Of a stretch of DNA of 38,985 nucleotides, positions 6,728-15,331 are shown piece by piece (the stretch's first letter is position 1; every line of letters begins with the position of its first letter). The stretch covers positions 1 to 38,985 of the forward strand of contig ONYB01000074.1 in the NCBI GenBank assembly GCA_900321895.1, written 5' to 3'. Source of the stretch: an uncultured Brachyspira sp. (lineage in GTDB: Bacteria > Cyanobacteriota > Vampirovibrionia > Gastranaerophilales > Gastranaerophilaceae). A program made the position numbers and the translations under genes. The notes beneath the pieces are model-generated. The model worked only from the letters and a program-made list of their open reading frames with translations, had not been told where the DNA came from and did no database searches.

Positions 6728-7519
6728 TTAGAATAGTCGAAACGGCTCTGCTACAACTCTTTTCAACATTTTAGCGAACTGTTTTTCCCAGTTTCCGTCC
6801 CAGCCCATTTTCAACTTGTCTTTTGATGTCAAATTTTTATACAAAGTTTTTATGTAATCTGAAAAATAATCTCTCCTAACCACAACAGAATGTCTGTTTG
6901 CCTTCGGGTTGAAAAAACTGTTTAGCATAACCGCATCATCTGTCCTGTACGTCCCGTAATCGCAAGCAATATAAGTGTTTCCCTCTTGCATAACCTTTAT
7001 GTAATCCACAAATCGGTTTACAAATTTGTTCTTATCATTCTGGGTCGCCATATCCTTAAAAATCGAATGTGCAAAGAAATTCTCCATTGGCATATCAAAA
7101 AACTTCATGCCTGATTTTTCAACACTCTCCTTGTATTCTTCGCCATAACTGCCCAAATCAATAATCGTTTTAAACCCTGCCTTTTTCATTTCTTCAAATA
7201 TCATCGGATGTGAACCCGCCAAGGTTTGCCCACGATAATTATTTGTTCTTACACAACTGTCAATACGTTTTGCAATAACGGGAATTTCTTCCGGAACTAT
7301 TTTTTTAGGCTTCTGTGAGTAAAAATCAACCAGCTTTTTAAGCGAATATTCACTCAAGCGGTGCTCGCTTGCATAAATATCTGAGTAAGGATTATGCCAA
7401 CTGTCATAGTGATTTCTTATAAAATTACGTCTTTCCCGAGAAACGGCGTCATCAAAAGCAATCGGCTCATTGCTTTTGAATGAAGGGTTTATCCTGCTTG
7501 AAATCGGCATAATTTTCAT
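6728..7519 (-). CDS. Cys-based protein-tyrosine/dual-specificity phosphatase-like protein
   Basis: The P-loop IACDYGTYRT fits CxxGxxR(S/T). The upstream YRGQTL and GFKTIIDLG blocks resemble Y_phosphatase2/3-type families. Confidence 0.65.
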   Translation of the reverse strand: MKIMPISSRINPSFKSNEPIAFDDAVSRERRNFIRNHYDSWHNPYSDIYASEHRLSEYSLKKLVDFYSQKPKKIVPEEIPVIAKRIDSCVRTNNYRGQTLAGSHPMIFEEMKKAGFKTIIDLGSYGEEYKESVEKSGMKFFDMPMENFFAHSIFKDMATQNDKNKFVNRFVDYIKVMQEGNTYIACDYGTYRTDDAVMLNSFFNPKANRHSVVVRRDYFSDYIKTLYKNLTSKDKLKMGWDGNWEKQFAKMLKRVVAEPFRLF

Positions 7520-7525
7520 AATCCG

Positions 7526-8170
7526 CTATCCTCGCAAGCTATCGATTGCAGTTTTTATATCATCGGATTTGTAAACATAACTACCTGCCACAAGCGAATT
7601 TGCACCTAATCTGGTGCAAACTTTTGCGGTTTCTGCGTTAATCCCGCCATCCACCTGTATAATCATATTTTGTGGTGAGTTGTTTTTTAAATAAGGAATT
7701 TTTTCGGCACAATCCGCCATAAAACTCTGTCCGCCAAACCCCGGCTCAACTGTCATTACAAGTACCATATCCGCTGTGGTCAAAAGGTTAAAAATCTCGT
7801 CCGGAGAAGTTTTCGGCTTAATAGAAATTCCTGCCTTCACACCAAAAGATTTTATCATCTTCAAAATTTCACGTGATTTTTCACCCGCCGCCTCATAATG
7901 AAACGTAATAATATCCGCACCCGCCTTCACAAACGGCTCAACGTATTTTTCGGGATTTTCAATCATCAAATGAACGTCAAGCGGTAATTTTGTGATTTTT
8001 CTGATTGACTTCACGACAGGAACGCCAATCGTTATATTAGGAACAAAATGTCCGTCCATTACATCCACGTGTATCCAGTCCGCACCTGCGTTTTCGACCG
8101 CTTTAATATCTCGTTCAAGGTTCGCAAAGTCCGCCGACAAAATCGACGGAGATACTATAATCTCGCTCAT
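7526..8170 (-). CDS. rpe: Ribulose-phosphate 3-epimerase
   Basis: Contains the SPSILSADF, HVDVMDGHFVPN and MTVEPGFGGQ.F motifs. The start is taken at ATG 8170, which forms an ATGA overlap with the rnc stop. An alternative start lies at 8191. Confidence 0.93.
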   Translation of the reverse strand: MSEIIVSPSILSADFANLERDIKAVENAGADWIHVDVMDGHFVPNITIGVPVVKSIRKITKLPLDVHLMIENPEKYVEPFVKAGADIITFHYEAAGEKSREILKMIKSFGVKAGISIKPKTSPDEIFNLLTTADMVLVMTVEPGFGGQSFMADCAEKIPYLKNNSPQNMIIQVDGGINAETAKVCTRLGANSLVAGSYVYKSDDIKTAIDSLRG

Positions 8171-8850
8171 ATTGCCCCCAACTTTTTGCAAGCTTCATAA
8201 GCAGCGTGTTGTTCGGCTTCTTTCTTGGTTTTGCCCGAACCGGATGCCACAACCTCATCGTTATAAGAAACCTCAACCGTAAAAACTCTGTTATGAGCAG
8301 GCCCTGAAGTGTTCGCAAGTCGATAAACAGGAATAGTTTTGCTCAAGCCTTGGGTGTATTCCTGCAAAATCGCCTTCGCATTATATTTGCTGTAATTTTC
8401 TTCAATCTCAACCAAATACGGCGGAAAAACCTTTTTAATAAACTCGGTCAATTCAGCAAGTTTTCCGTCTAAATAATAAGCACCCAAAACCGCCTCAAAA
8501 GAACACGCCGTAACGGATTCCAGATTTTGAACCCCGAGTTTTCTATCGTGTTCCCCAACAAGAATCAACTCATCAAGCCCCATTTTATTGGCAATTTTGG
8601 CAAGCGTATTGTCAGAAACCGCAACAGAACGAATTTTTGACATATCGCCCTCCGTATAATCAGGATATGTTTCAAAAAGCAAATCCGAAACCAACAATTT
8701 TAAAACCGCATCGCCTAAAAATTCCAATCTCTCATAGCATTCGCCATACTCGAGATTATTTTCTTTGGTATATGAGGGATGAGTAAGTGCGGCTCTGTAA
8801 TAGTCGCCGCACTCCGTCGAAATTCCAAATATATCAGCCACTTCCTTCAT
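8167..8850 (-). CDS. rnc: Ribonuclease III
   Basis: Contains the ERLEFLGDAVL catalytic signature and a C-terminal dsRBD (GPAHNRVFTVEV..G.GKTKKEAEQ.AA). Confidence 0.95.
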   Translation of the reverse strand: MKEVADIFGISTECGDYYRAALTHPSYTKENNLEYGECYERLEFLGDAVLKLLVSDLLFETYPDYTEGDMSKIRSVAVSDNTLAKIANKMGLDELILVGEHDRKLGVQNLESVTACSFEAVLGAYYLDGKLAELTEFIKKVFPPYLVEIEENYSKYNAKAILQEYTQGLSKTIPVYRLANTSGPAHNRVFTVEVSYNDEVVASGSGKTKKEAEQHAAYEACKKLGAI

Positions 8851-9740
8851 TAGAACAACCCTCTAAAGAAAGTTATCAAATCAGCAAGCAATTCGTTTGA
8901 AAATACAATATGCTTACAGAAATAATACATTACAGGGATTGTCAAAATGAAACTGTCCGTTCTGTCAAGGAAACCGCCATGCCCCGGAAGCGAGTGACCG
9001 GAATCTTTAACTCCGGCATCACGTTTGAGAAGTGATTCGCACAAGTCGCCGATTTGAGCAAAAACAGTACACAAGAACCCGAGCATTACCGAGAAATACC
9101 ACTCAAGCTGTAGGAAATAACCGATAATCAAAGCACCGATTACTGCCGCAATCGCACCGCCGATAGAGCCTTCAATAGTTTTGTTAGGGCTGACAATCGG
9201 AGCAAGCTTATGTTTTCCGAGGTGACGTCCTGCGTAGTAACAACCGATATCGGTCATTAAAATTGCGGTAAACATCAAAACGACAAAGCCCAAGCCGTCA
9301 TGAAATCTTTCGGAACTCAGATGTCTTAAAAATATCAAATGAAGCGGAAACCACCCGCAATAAATAATACCAAGCAAAGTCGTTGCAACGTTTGCGATAT
9401 AAGGTTGTCTTCCTCTGAAAAGCACCCACATAAAAGCACCAATCGAGCAGAAGGTCAAAGCAACGGCAACCAAATCAAACCTTTGGAAGTACGCAATACT
9501 TGCAATAATCAACTGTGAAAGGAACATGACCTTCAAACTCGGGTAAAAACCTTTATGCTCAAGGATTTTCACATACTCTTTTGAGGCAAAAAATATGATT
9601 ACCAAAAGCATTAAAAGGATTGCCCATTTCCCGTAAATTATTGCGGACATTGCAATCGTGCCCATAATAAAGCCCGTAAGCATTCTTGTTGCGTTTTTGT
9701 TCAAACCGTGGTTTGTCTGTTCTTCCTCAGGTGCTGTCAT
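8850..9740 (-). CDS. cdsA: Phosphatidate cytidylyltransferase (CDP-diglyceride synthase)
   Basis: Polytopic membrane protein with the signature SLLKRDAGVKDSGHSLPGHGGFLDRTDS. It has 1-nt stop/start overlaps on both sides. Confidence 0.93.
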   Translation of the reverse strand: MTAPEEEQTNHGLNKNATRMLTGFIMGTIAMSAIIYGKWAILLMLLVIIFFASKEYVKILEHKGFYPSLKVMFLSQLIIASIAYFQRFDLVAVALTFCSIGAFMWVLFRGRQPYIANVATTLLGIIYCGWFPLHLIFLRHLSSERFHDGLGFVVLMFTAILMTDIGCYYAGRHLGKHKLAPIVSPNKTIEGSIGGAIAAVIGALIIGYFLQLEWYFSVMLGFLCTVFAQIGDLCESLLKRDAGVKDSGHSLPGHGGFLDRTDSFILTIPVMYYFCKHIVFSNELLADLITFFRGLF

Positions 9741-10315
9741 TATACCGTCATAACCTCTTTTTCTTTTTCTGCAACTGCTTTGTCAATAATACCTGTGTAT
9801 TTATCGGTAACTTTTTGGATTTTGTCCTGATTATCTTTTACCGCATCTTCCGGCAATTTTTCGTTCTTTTCGATTTTTTTCAAATCGTCTGTCATGTCAC
9901 GGCGAATGTTTCTTACTGCAACTTTAGCCTCTTCGCCGATTTTTTTGACTTCTTTAGCGATTTCTTTTCTTCTGTCTTCTGTCAAAGGCGGGAACGGAAG
10001 CCTGATACAAATACCGTCACTGTTTGGCGTAATACCGATTTCAGCCTTGATAATAGCTTTTTCGATTTCCTTCAAAGTTGATTTGTCATAAGGGGTGATA
10101 ACAAGAGTTGTACCGTCCTGAACAGTAACCTGTGACATTTGTCTTAACGGAGTAGGAGCACCGTAATAATCAACAACAACTTTATCTAAAATAAGCGGAT
10201 TTGCTCTACCGGAACGAATACTACCGAATTCTTTTCTAAGCTGGTTAATCGCTTTTTCCATTTTTTCTTCACCGAACAAGTATAATTCTTCTAATGCTTC
10301 AGACTGTTCTGCCAT
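9740..10315 (-). CDS. frr: Ribosome recycling factor
   Basis: 191-aa ORF with typical RRF sequence (..IRLPFPPLTEDRRKE..VRNIRRD..). Confidence 0.96.
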   Translation of the reverse strand: MAEQSEALEELYLFGEEKMEKAINQLRKEFGSIRSGRANPLILDKVVVDYYGAPTPLRQMSQVTVQDGTTLVITPYDKSTLKEIEKAIIKAEIGITPNSDGICIRLPFPPLTEDRRKEIAKEVKKIGEEAKVAVRNIRRDMTDDLKKIEKNEKLPEDAVKDNQDKIQKVTDKYTGIIDKAVAEKEKEVMTV

Positions 10316-10339
10316 TTTAACCTCTTTCTTTATAATAAT

Positions 10340-11062
10340 CTAACTTATATATGTTCCTAATTTTTCGCCGTGCATAATGTTTGAAATTCCGTCTTTTGCG
10401 TCAAAATCGAATACCACAATCGGAATATTGTTTTGTTTACACAATGTGCATGCTGATGTATCCATAACTTTTAAACCTTTAATAATAATGTCGTCATAAG
10501 TTATGTTATCAAGTTTTTTTGCTTCCGGATTAGTTTTCGGGTCATCCGTATAAACTCCGTCAACTCCGTTTTTCGCCATAAGCATGGCTTCCGCATTAAT
10601 TTCGGAAGCTCTCAAGGCTGCTGCTGTATCAGTAGTAAAGAACGGGTTGCCCGTACCTGCCGCAAAGATTACCACTCTGCCCTTTTCAAGGTGTCTGATT
10701 GCACGGTGTCTGATATAAGGTTCTGCAACCTGATTTATCGCCAATGCACTCTGAACTCTGCAAGGAACACCGATTGAGTTGAACGCACTCTGCAAAGCAA
10801 TCGCATTCATAACTGTTGCAAGCATTCCGACATAATCGCCCGAAGCTCTGTCCATGCCGAGTTTTGCACTGTTCTTCATGCCTCGGAAAATATTTCCGCC
10901 ACCGACAACAACCGCAATTTCAGCACCTGCATCCTTTGCCTTTTTAATTTCTTCAGCAATCATCATGACCGGAGTTTGGTCAATACCGAACTCTTGCGAA
11001 CCCAAAAGAGCCTCGCCACTAATTTTAATTAATACTCTCTTATATTTTAAATTTTTATCCAT
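10340..11062 (-). CDS. pyrH: UMP kinase
   Basis: Contains the KRVLIKISGEAL and VVGGGNIFRG motifs. A GAGAGG SD lies upstream. Confidence 0.96.
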   Translation of the reverse strand: MDKNLKYKRVLIKISGEALLGSQEFGIDQTPVMMIAEEIKKAKDAGAEIAVVVGGGNIFRGMKNSAKLGMDRASGDYVGMLATVMNAIALQSAFNSIGVPCRVQSALAINQVAEPYIRHRAIRHLEKGRVVIFAAGTGNPFFTTDTAAALRASEINAEAMLMAKNGVDGVYTDDPKTNPEAKKLDNITYDDIIIKGLKVMDTSACTLCKQNNIPIVVFDFDAKDGISNIMHGEKLGTYIS

Positions 11063-11284
11063 AAACGACCTCTCGCACTATAATATCCTAAATATACAGG
11101 ATTGTAAAGCATGCAATGCGAGTTTTATATTAACTTTTGTAAACTAAAATAAATTCTTAAAACCTGCATAAACAGTGGGTTTTAAAATTTGGTATATAAA
11201 AACAATATAAAAAATAGCACTTTTTTAAAGTAAATTGTTTTTATATATATACAAGAGATTTATAGCAGTAACAAAGGAGAATAT

Positions 11285-11473
11285 ATGGCACGAGTTTTGA
11301 TTTCTATGCCCGAGGAATTTTTGAACAAGATTGATCAGGTAGCCGATGGCGAAAACCGCTCACGTAGCGAACTTATTAGAGAAGCACTAAGAACCTACAT
11401 CTACAAACAGCAGGTTCGACAATCAGCCTCCGCTGCTAAAAACGCAGACCTTTTAGAAAGCTTGCTTGAATAA
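11285..11473 (+). CDS. Ribbon-helix-helix (CopG/Arc/MetJ-type) DNA-binding protein
   Basis: 62 aa. The segment RVLISMPEEFLNKID..RSRSELIREALRTYI is a classic RHH, and an AAGGAG SD lies upstream. Confidence 0.8.
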   Translation: MARVLISMPEEFLNKIDQVADGENRSRSELIREALRTYIYKQQVRQSASAAKNADLLESLLE

Positions 11474-11512
11474 TAACTCTTGAGAAAACGGGCTACAGAT
11501 TTGGGATTTATG

Positions 11513-11539
11513 GCGGCACAACTGCGTTGTGCCGCTTTT
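11513..11539. terminator. Intrinsic terminator between convergent genes
   Basis: 10-bp stem gcggcacaac / gttgtgccgc, loop tgc, then TTTT on the plus strand. Confidence 0.7.
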
Positions 11540-11547
11540 GAATACTA

Positions 11548-12702
11548 CTAATCCTTGTAAGCCTCTGCATACTGAGGGTTTACGGCAAGCCACTTGAAAG
11601 ATTCCATGCCTGTATCAGGAATATCAAGGACGAATGTTCCGCCGTATCGACCTCGAGAAAAGCCAAGATATCCTTCTTTTGCAAGGTTTTGATAAGCTTT
11701 TCTGATTGTGTTCGGGCTCAATTCAAATTTCTTTGACAATTCCAAAATTGAAGGCAATTTGTCCCCTACCTCGTAATTTTTTGCAATCATATCTTTTATG
11801 CGGTTTTGAGTTTTTTCGTAAAAGTAGAAAGCTGCATCTTGTGCAGGTGCAAAAATTGAGTTTTCCCTCTTTTGGTTTGCGGAATTTTCAAACGGCAACT
11901 TCATGACAGTCGTGCCGTATCTTCCACGGTGTGGCATTAAAATTCCGTCCGAAATCAAGATATTAAGTGCATCGTGAACTGTTTTTATGCTCGCCTTCAA
12001 AACTCTTGAAAGTTCAGAATGCGGCGGGATTTTGTCACCCATTTTGCAATTTTTTGATACAAAAACTTTCAAATCATCCAAAACCTTTGACACAAGAGTT
12101 TTTTGCTCCACATCGCCCGAAATCATTGCGTCAAAATCCATTGAGCAAATTCTCCAGCCAGATTCTCTCGAATTTTTGAATTTGTGTTCCAAAATTCCCT
12201 CACCGCAAAGATATTCGAGGGCAAGTCTTGTCGTGTTTGCAGAACTTCCGATTATCAGGGCAAGGGTTCTTGATGACGGCAAATTTTGACCGACCTTAAA
12301 GCCCGAATTAAGAATATAATTTTTTATCTCATTGATAGCAGTTTCGCGTTTTGAGGTAAGTTTGCGAAAATTTTGTGTTCCCTCCACACGATTTTTAATC
12401 ATCGTGCCGATACACTGCTTGGATTCAAGATAGCCGAAATCCTCCGCATACCTGATTGCACTCTGAATAGTTCCGACGCTGACACCGAGATGATACGCCA
12501 AATCAGCTTTTGTAGGCAACAAATCCTTTACCTTCAAGCGACCGTTTGCTAAGCCGTCCTCAATCCATGCCATAATCCACTTGCCGATAACGACAGCTTT
12601 TGACTCGTCGATATTCTTCAAATCCGGCAGGGGATAAGCAATATCAGTAACTTTCAGTTGGTTTAAATCATTTTTTTTCGGGAGAATATATTCACTCTGC
12701 AT
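11548..12702 (-). CDS. Transcriptional regulator composed of four tandem GntR-type winged-HTH domains
   Basis: Four repeats of the pattern LP(S/T)xxxL(A/S)xxLxxSxxT(I/V)xxAxxxLxxxGxLxxxxGxxGTxV. Start taken at ATG 12702, behind AAGGTG, because the ORF-track start at 12708 is GTG. Confidence 0.8.
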   Translation of the reverse strand: MQSEYILPKKNDLNQLKVTDIAYPLPDLKNIDESKAVVIGKWIMAWIEDGLANGRLKVKDLLPTKADLAYHLGVSVGTIQSAIRYAEDFGYLESKQCIGTMIKNRVEGTQNFRKLTSKRETAINEIKNYILNSGFKVGQNLPSSRTLALIIGSSANTTRLALEYLCGEGILEHKFKNSRESGWRICSMDFDAMISGDVEQKTLVSKVLDDLKVFVSKNCKMGDKIPPHSELSRVLKASIKTVHDALNILISDGILMPHRGRYGTTVMKLPFENSANQKRENSIFAPAQDAAFYFYEKTQNRIKDMIAKNYEVGDKLPSILELSKKFELSPNTIRKAYQNLAKEGYLGFSRGRYGGTFVLDIPDTGMESFKWLAVNPQYAEAYKD

Positions 12703-12809
12703 ACACACACCTTTTATTTCAAAACTAATGATACACTATTTATAAAAAAACAGCAACAAATTTTTTGCGGGTATATGAAGGAATGTAACGTGAATATGCC
12801 ATCCTCTTT

Positions 12810-13364
12810 TTAATAAACTTTTTTAACCAGTTTTTGAATATAGCCTTTTACAGCAGGAGTAATTATCAAGTCAGGTTCTTTGGCTACAAATTCATCTAAA
12901 ATCGTGATTGCGTCTTGCAAATCGCCCTGTTTCTCCAACAACAAGCCACGCATAATATAATTAAACGGGTTATCGTTTTCGTAAGTTTGATTAATTTTTG
13001 TGCTCACAATATCAAGTGCATCATAGCAATCCGCAAGGTTTTGGAAAAATTTCAAATTCAAACTGTACAGCTTAACTGCACGCTCAAAGCAGTCCTGTGC
13101 CATATCCGCATAGCCTATTTTCATATAACACTCACCAAGATTGTTATAAAACACAGCAGATGCTTGAGTATCAGGGTTAAGACTGATTGCCATTTTAAAC
13201 TCCTGTATTGCAGGATACCACCATGCCTCCTGCATATACATAAGTCCTTTGTTGTTGTGGTTTGTGGCGTTCATGTGGGCGTCTATCGTGTACGATTCCG
13301 GCTTTCGATAACCCGATACCACCAATGAACACATTATTAAAGCTGTTACAACAATTTTTTTCAT
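12810..13364 (-). CDS. TPR-repeat protein with N-terminal signal/anchor
   Basis: 184 aa with a hydrophobic N-terminus (MKKIVVTALIMCSLVVSG) and several 34-aa TPR-like units (A..YNNLGECYMKIG....A...F..A). Confidence 0.75.
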   Translation of the reverse strand: MKKIVVTALIMCSLVVSGYRKPESYTIDAHMNATNHNNKGLMYMQEAWWYPAIQEFKMAISLNPDTQASAVFYNNLGECYMKIGYADMAQDCFERAVKLYSLNLKFFQNLADCYDALDIVSTKINQTYENDNPFNYIMRGLLLEKQGDLQDAITILDEFVAKEPDLIITPAVKGYIQKLVKKVY

Positions 13365-13405
13365 AAAACCGCTCGCCTATAATTGTGAACATACCTTTTA
13401 TATAA

Positions 13406-14338
13406 TTATAAAAGATTAATTTCCAACCCTTCGTACGCAAGAATAGCTTTGTCAGAATACGATTTGTACTGTTCTTTGATGAGGTCAAGTTTTTCGTCAT
13501 CATAAGACGGGTCAAAGTGGAAGAATACCAATTTTTCTGCCCCGACTTGCTCCTGACACTCAAGTGCCATATCAAAAGTTGAATGTCCGTAGCCCTGTTT
13601 TGGCACGTATGAATTCAGGTAATCCTCTGTTGTGTACTGCGAATCGTGGATTAAAAGGTTACAGCCTCTGGCAAAGTGAGCCAATCTTCTGTCACCGCCC
13701 TTGTAACTTTCTTTATCTGTAGCATAAACAAGAGTTTTGCCTTTATAAGTAATCTTGTAGATTATGACGCCCTCTTGCGGGTGTGCATAAGAACGGTAGC
13801 AGGTAATCAAAACGTCGTCCCCTTCTACCTTTGCATCCTCTTCGTTCTCAATTCTTTTGATAATCGGAGGTTCGCCGTGACGAAGAATTATTCCTTCGGT
13901 TTCAGACAAATCTTTTATGTTTAAATTTCCAGCAATATCGCCCAAATCCACAGGGAAAGACTTGCCGAACAAAAGTGTCGCAAGCTCATCCGAAAGAGTT
14001 TCGTTGTAATTAACGTTTCCGAAAACATTTATAACCGAACTCGGAACATGTATCGGCTTGAAGAAAGTAAACCCTAAGATGTGGTCTTGGTGAATATGCG
14101 AAATCAAAACCGTAGCGTTAATCGGAGTTCTTTCGGCAGGCGTAATCCCAGATGTAATGTAGTTTTCCATTAATTCATCGCCCGCATCAATCATGCCTGT
14201 ACCTGCGTCGAGCAAAATCAAATGTCCGCCGACATAAACCTCTACGCAAGAGGTGTTTCCGCCATATTTCAGAAAATTTTTTTTCGCAAGCGGATAACTT
14301 CCTCTGACACCTCTAAATTTTACTTTAAATTCATCCAT
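13406..14338 (-). CDS. Metallo-beta-lactamase-fold hydrolase
   Basis: Contains the HxHxDH motif (SHIHQDHILG). Start taken at ATG 14338, behind GAGGT, because the longer ORF would overlap the upstream gene by 128 nt. Confidence 0.8.
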   Translation of the reverse strand: MDEFKVKFRGVRGSYPLAKKNFLKYGGNTSCVEVYVGGHLILLDAGTGMIDAGDELMENYITSGITPAERTPINATVLISHIHQDHILGFTFFKPIHVPSSVINVFGNVNYNETLSDELATLLFGKSFPVDLGDIAGNLNIKDLSETEGIILRHGEPPIIKRIENEEDAKVEGDDVLITCYRSYAHPQEGVIIYKITYKGKTLVYATDKESYKGGDRRLAHFARGCNLLIHDSQYTTEDYLNSYVPKQGYGHSTFDMALECQEQVGAEKLVFFHFDPSYDDEKLDLIKEQYKSYSDKAILAYEGLEINLL

Positions 14339-14354
14339 TTCGATACCTCGATTG

Positions 14355-15329
14355 TTATTTCTTAATTTCATAAACTCCGTTTTGGTCTTTTGCGTCGCCC
14401 GAATATACGTTAGAACCGAATACAAGCAATTTTGCAAGTTTTTGGACTGTTTTTTCTCGGGTTTCAACAGTTTTGACGTCAAAAATTACTTTGTGCCAAG
14501 TATTGCTGACCGTCACGACACGGAACGCATTCGGGTAAGACACCAATGCAGGCGAACTTACGTACAAAACATTTCCTCTCTGCGTAATTTTTGAGGCATG
14601 ATAGTGACCCTGAAAAACGCCGATTGGATTTTTGTATTTTTCAATGGTTGCCTGAACTTCACCGGCATTCAAGAGTTTGTGACCTGAGCTCGGGAACGGC
14701 TCAATAATCGGCACATGCATAAAAATTAAGACCGTGTCTTTTTGAGATTTTTCAAGCTGTTCGTCCAACCACGTCAACTCCTCCTTTGGAATTTCGCCGT
14801 TAGAAGTAAGTCTATCCATGGGAATTGTGTCCAAAACTATAACTTTGTAGCCCTTTTGCGGTACAAAAGAGTAATAAGGTTTTTCAAATTTGAAGTTTTC
14901 GTTGTGTGCTCTTACGATATCAAGATAAAGTTTTTTGTTCAAAAAACCGCCAACGCAACGGTCATGGTTTCCGATTGTGATATACCAAGGCACATTGAGT
15001 TTTTCGGCATAAGGCATAAATGCTTCCAACTCTTTTTCGTACGGTGTGTTAATCTGGTCGCCCGTGAACATTACAAAATTTACGCCACTCATTTCGTTAA
15101 CCTGATTAACAGCATCCTGCAAAAGTTTTGGAGATTCACCCGTCATTTTGAATGTGGTATTTTGCCCGTTTGAGGCAAAATGCACATCGCTAAGCTGAAC
15201 AAATTTCAGGCTCGAATCGCTGTAGCACTGCAATCCGTAAATCATAACGCCCGCAAGTGCAAGGGTTATGCACCAGTTTGCAACTCTAGCCCAGAGAGGT
15301 TCTTTTTTCTTTTTATATCGTCTTTTCAT
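14355..15329 (-). CDS. Membrane-anchored calcineurin-like metallophosphoesterase (CpdA-like motif set)
   Basis: Motifs in order: SDVHF, TGDQIN, GNHD, MHVP, GHYH. It has an N-terminal TM helix and starts 2 nt after the upstream TPR stop. Confidence 0.85.
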   Translation of the reverse strand: MKRRYKKKKEPLWARVANWCITLALAGVMIYGLQCYSDSSLKFVQLSDVHFASNGQNTTFKMTGESPKLLQDAVNQVNEMSGVNFVMFTGDQINTPYEKELEAFMPYAEKLNVPWYITIGNHDRCVGGFLNKKLYLDIVRAHNENFKFEKPYYSFVPQKGYKVIVLDTIPMDRLTSNGEIPKEELTWLDEQLEKSQKDTVLIFMHVPIIEPFPSSGHKLLNAGEVQATIEKYKNPIGVFQGHYHASKITQRGNVLYVSSPALVSYPNAFRVVTVSNTWHKVIFDVKTVETREKTVQKLAKLLVFGSNVYSGDAKDQNGVYEIKK

Positions 15330-15331
15330 AA

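Noticed and set aside
12915-13575. ORFs of 137 aa (plus strand) and 126 aa (minus strand, alternative frame) overlapping the TPR gene
   Set aside because: They are overlapped entirely by a TPR protein with coherent repeat structure and a signal peptide. The alternatives have no motifs and odd composition.
14339-14482. N-terminal extension of the MBL hydrolase ORF, and similar extensions at 2855, 5775, 8191, 12708, 16375, 18500, 19164, 28245 and 31997
   Set aside because: The extensions overlap upstream genes or begin at GTG/TTG. Internal ATGs with an SD or with family-typical N-termini fit better, including signal peptides, MKIVFATGN and the lipobox.
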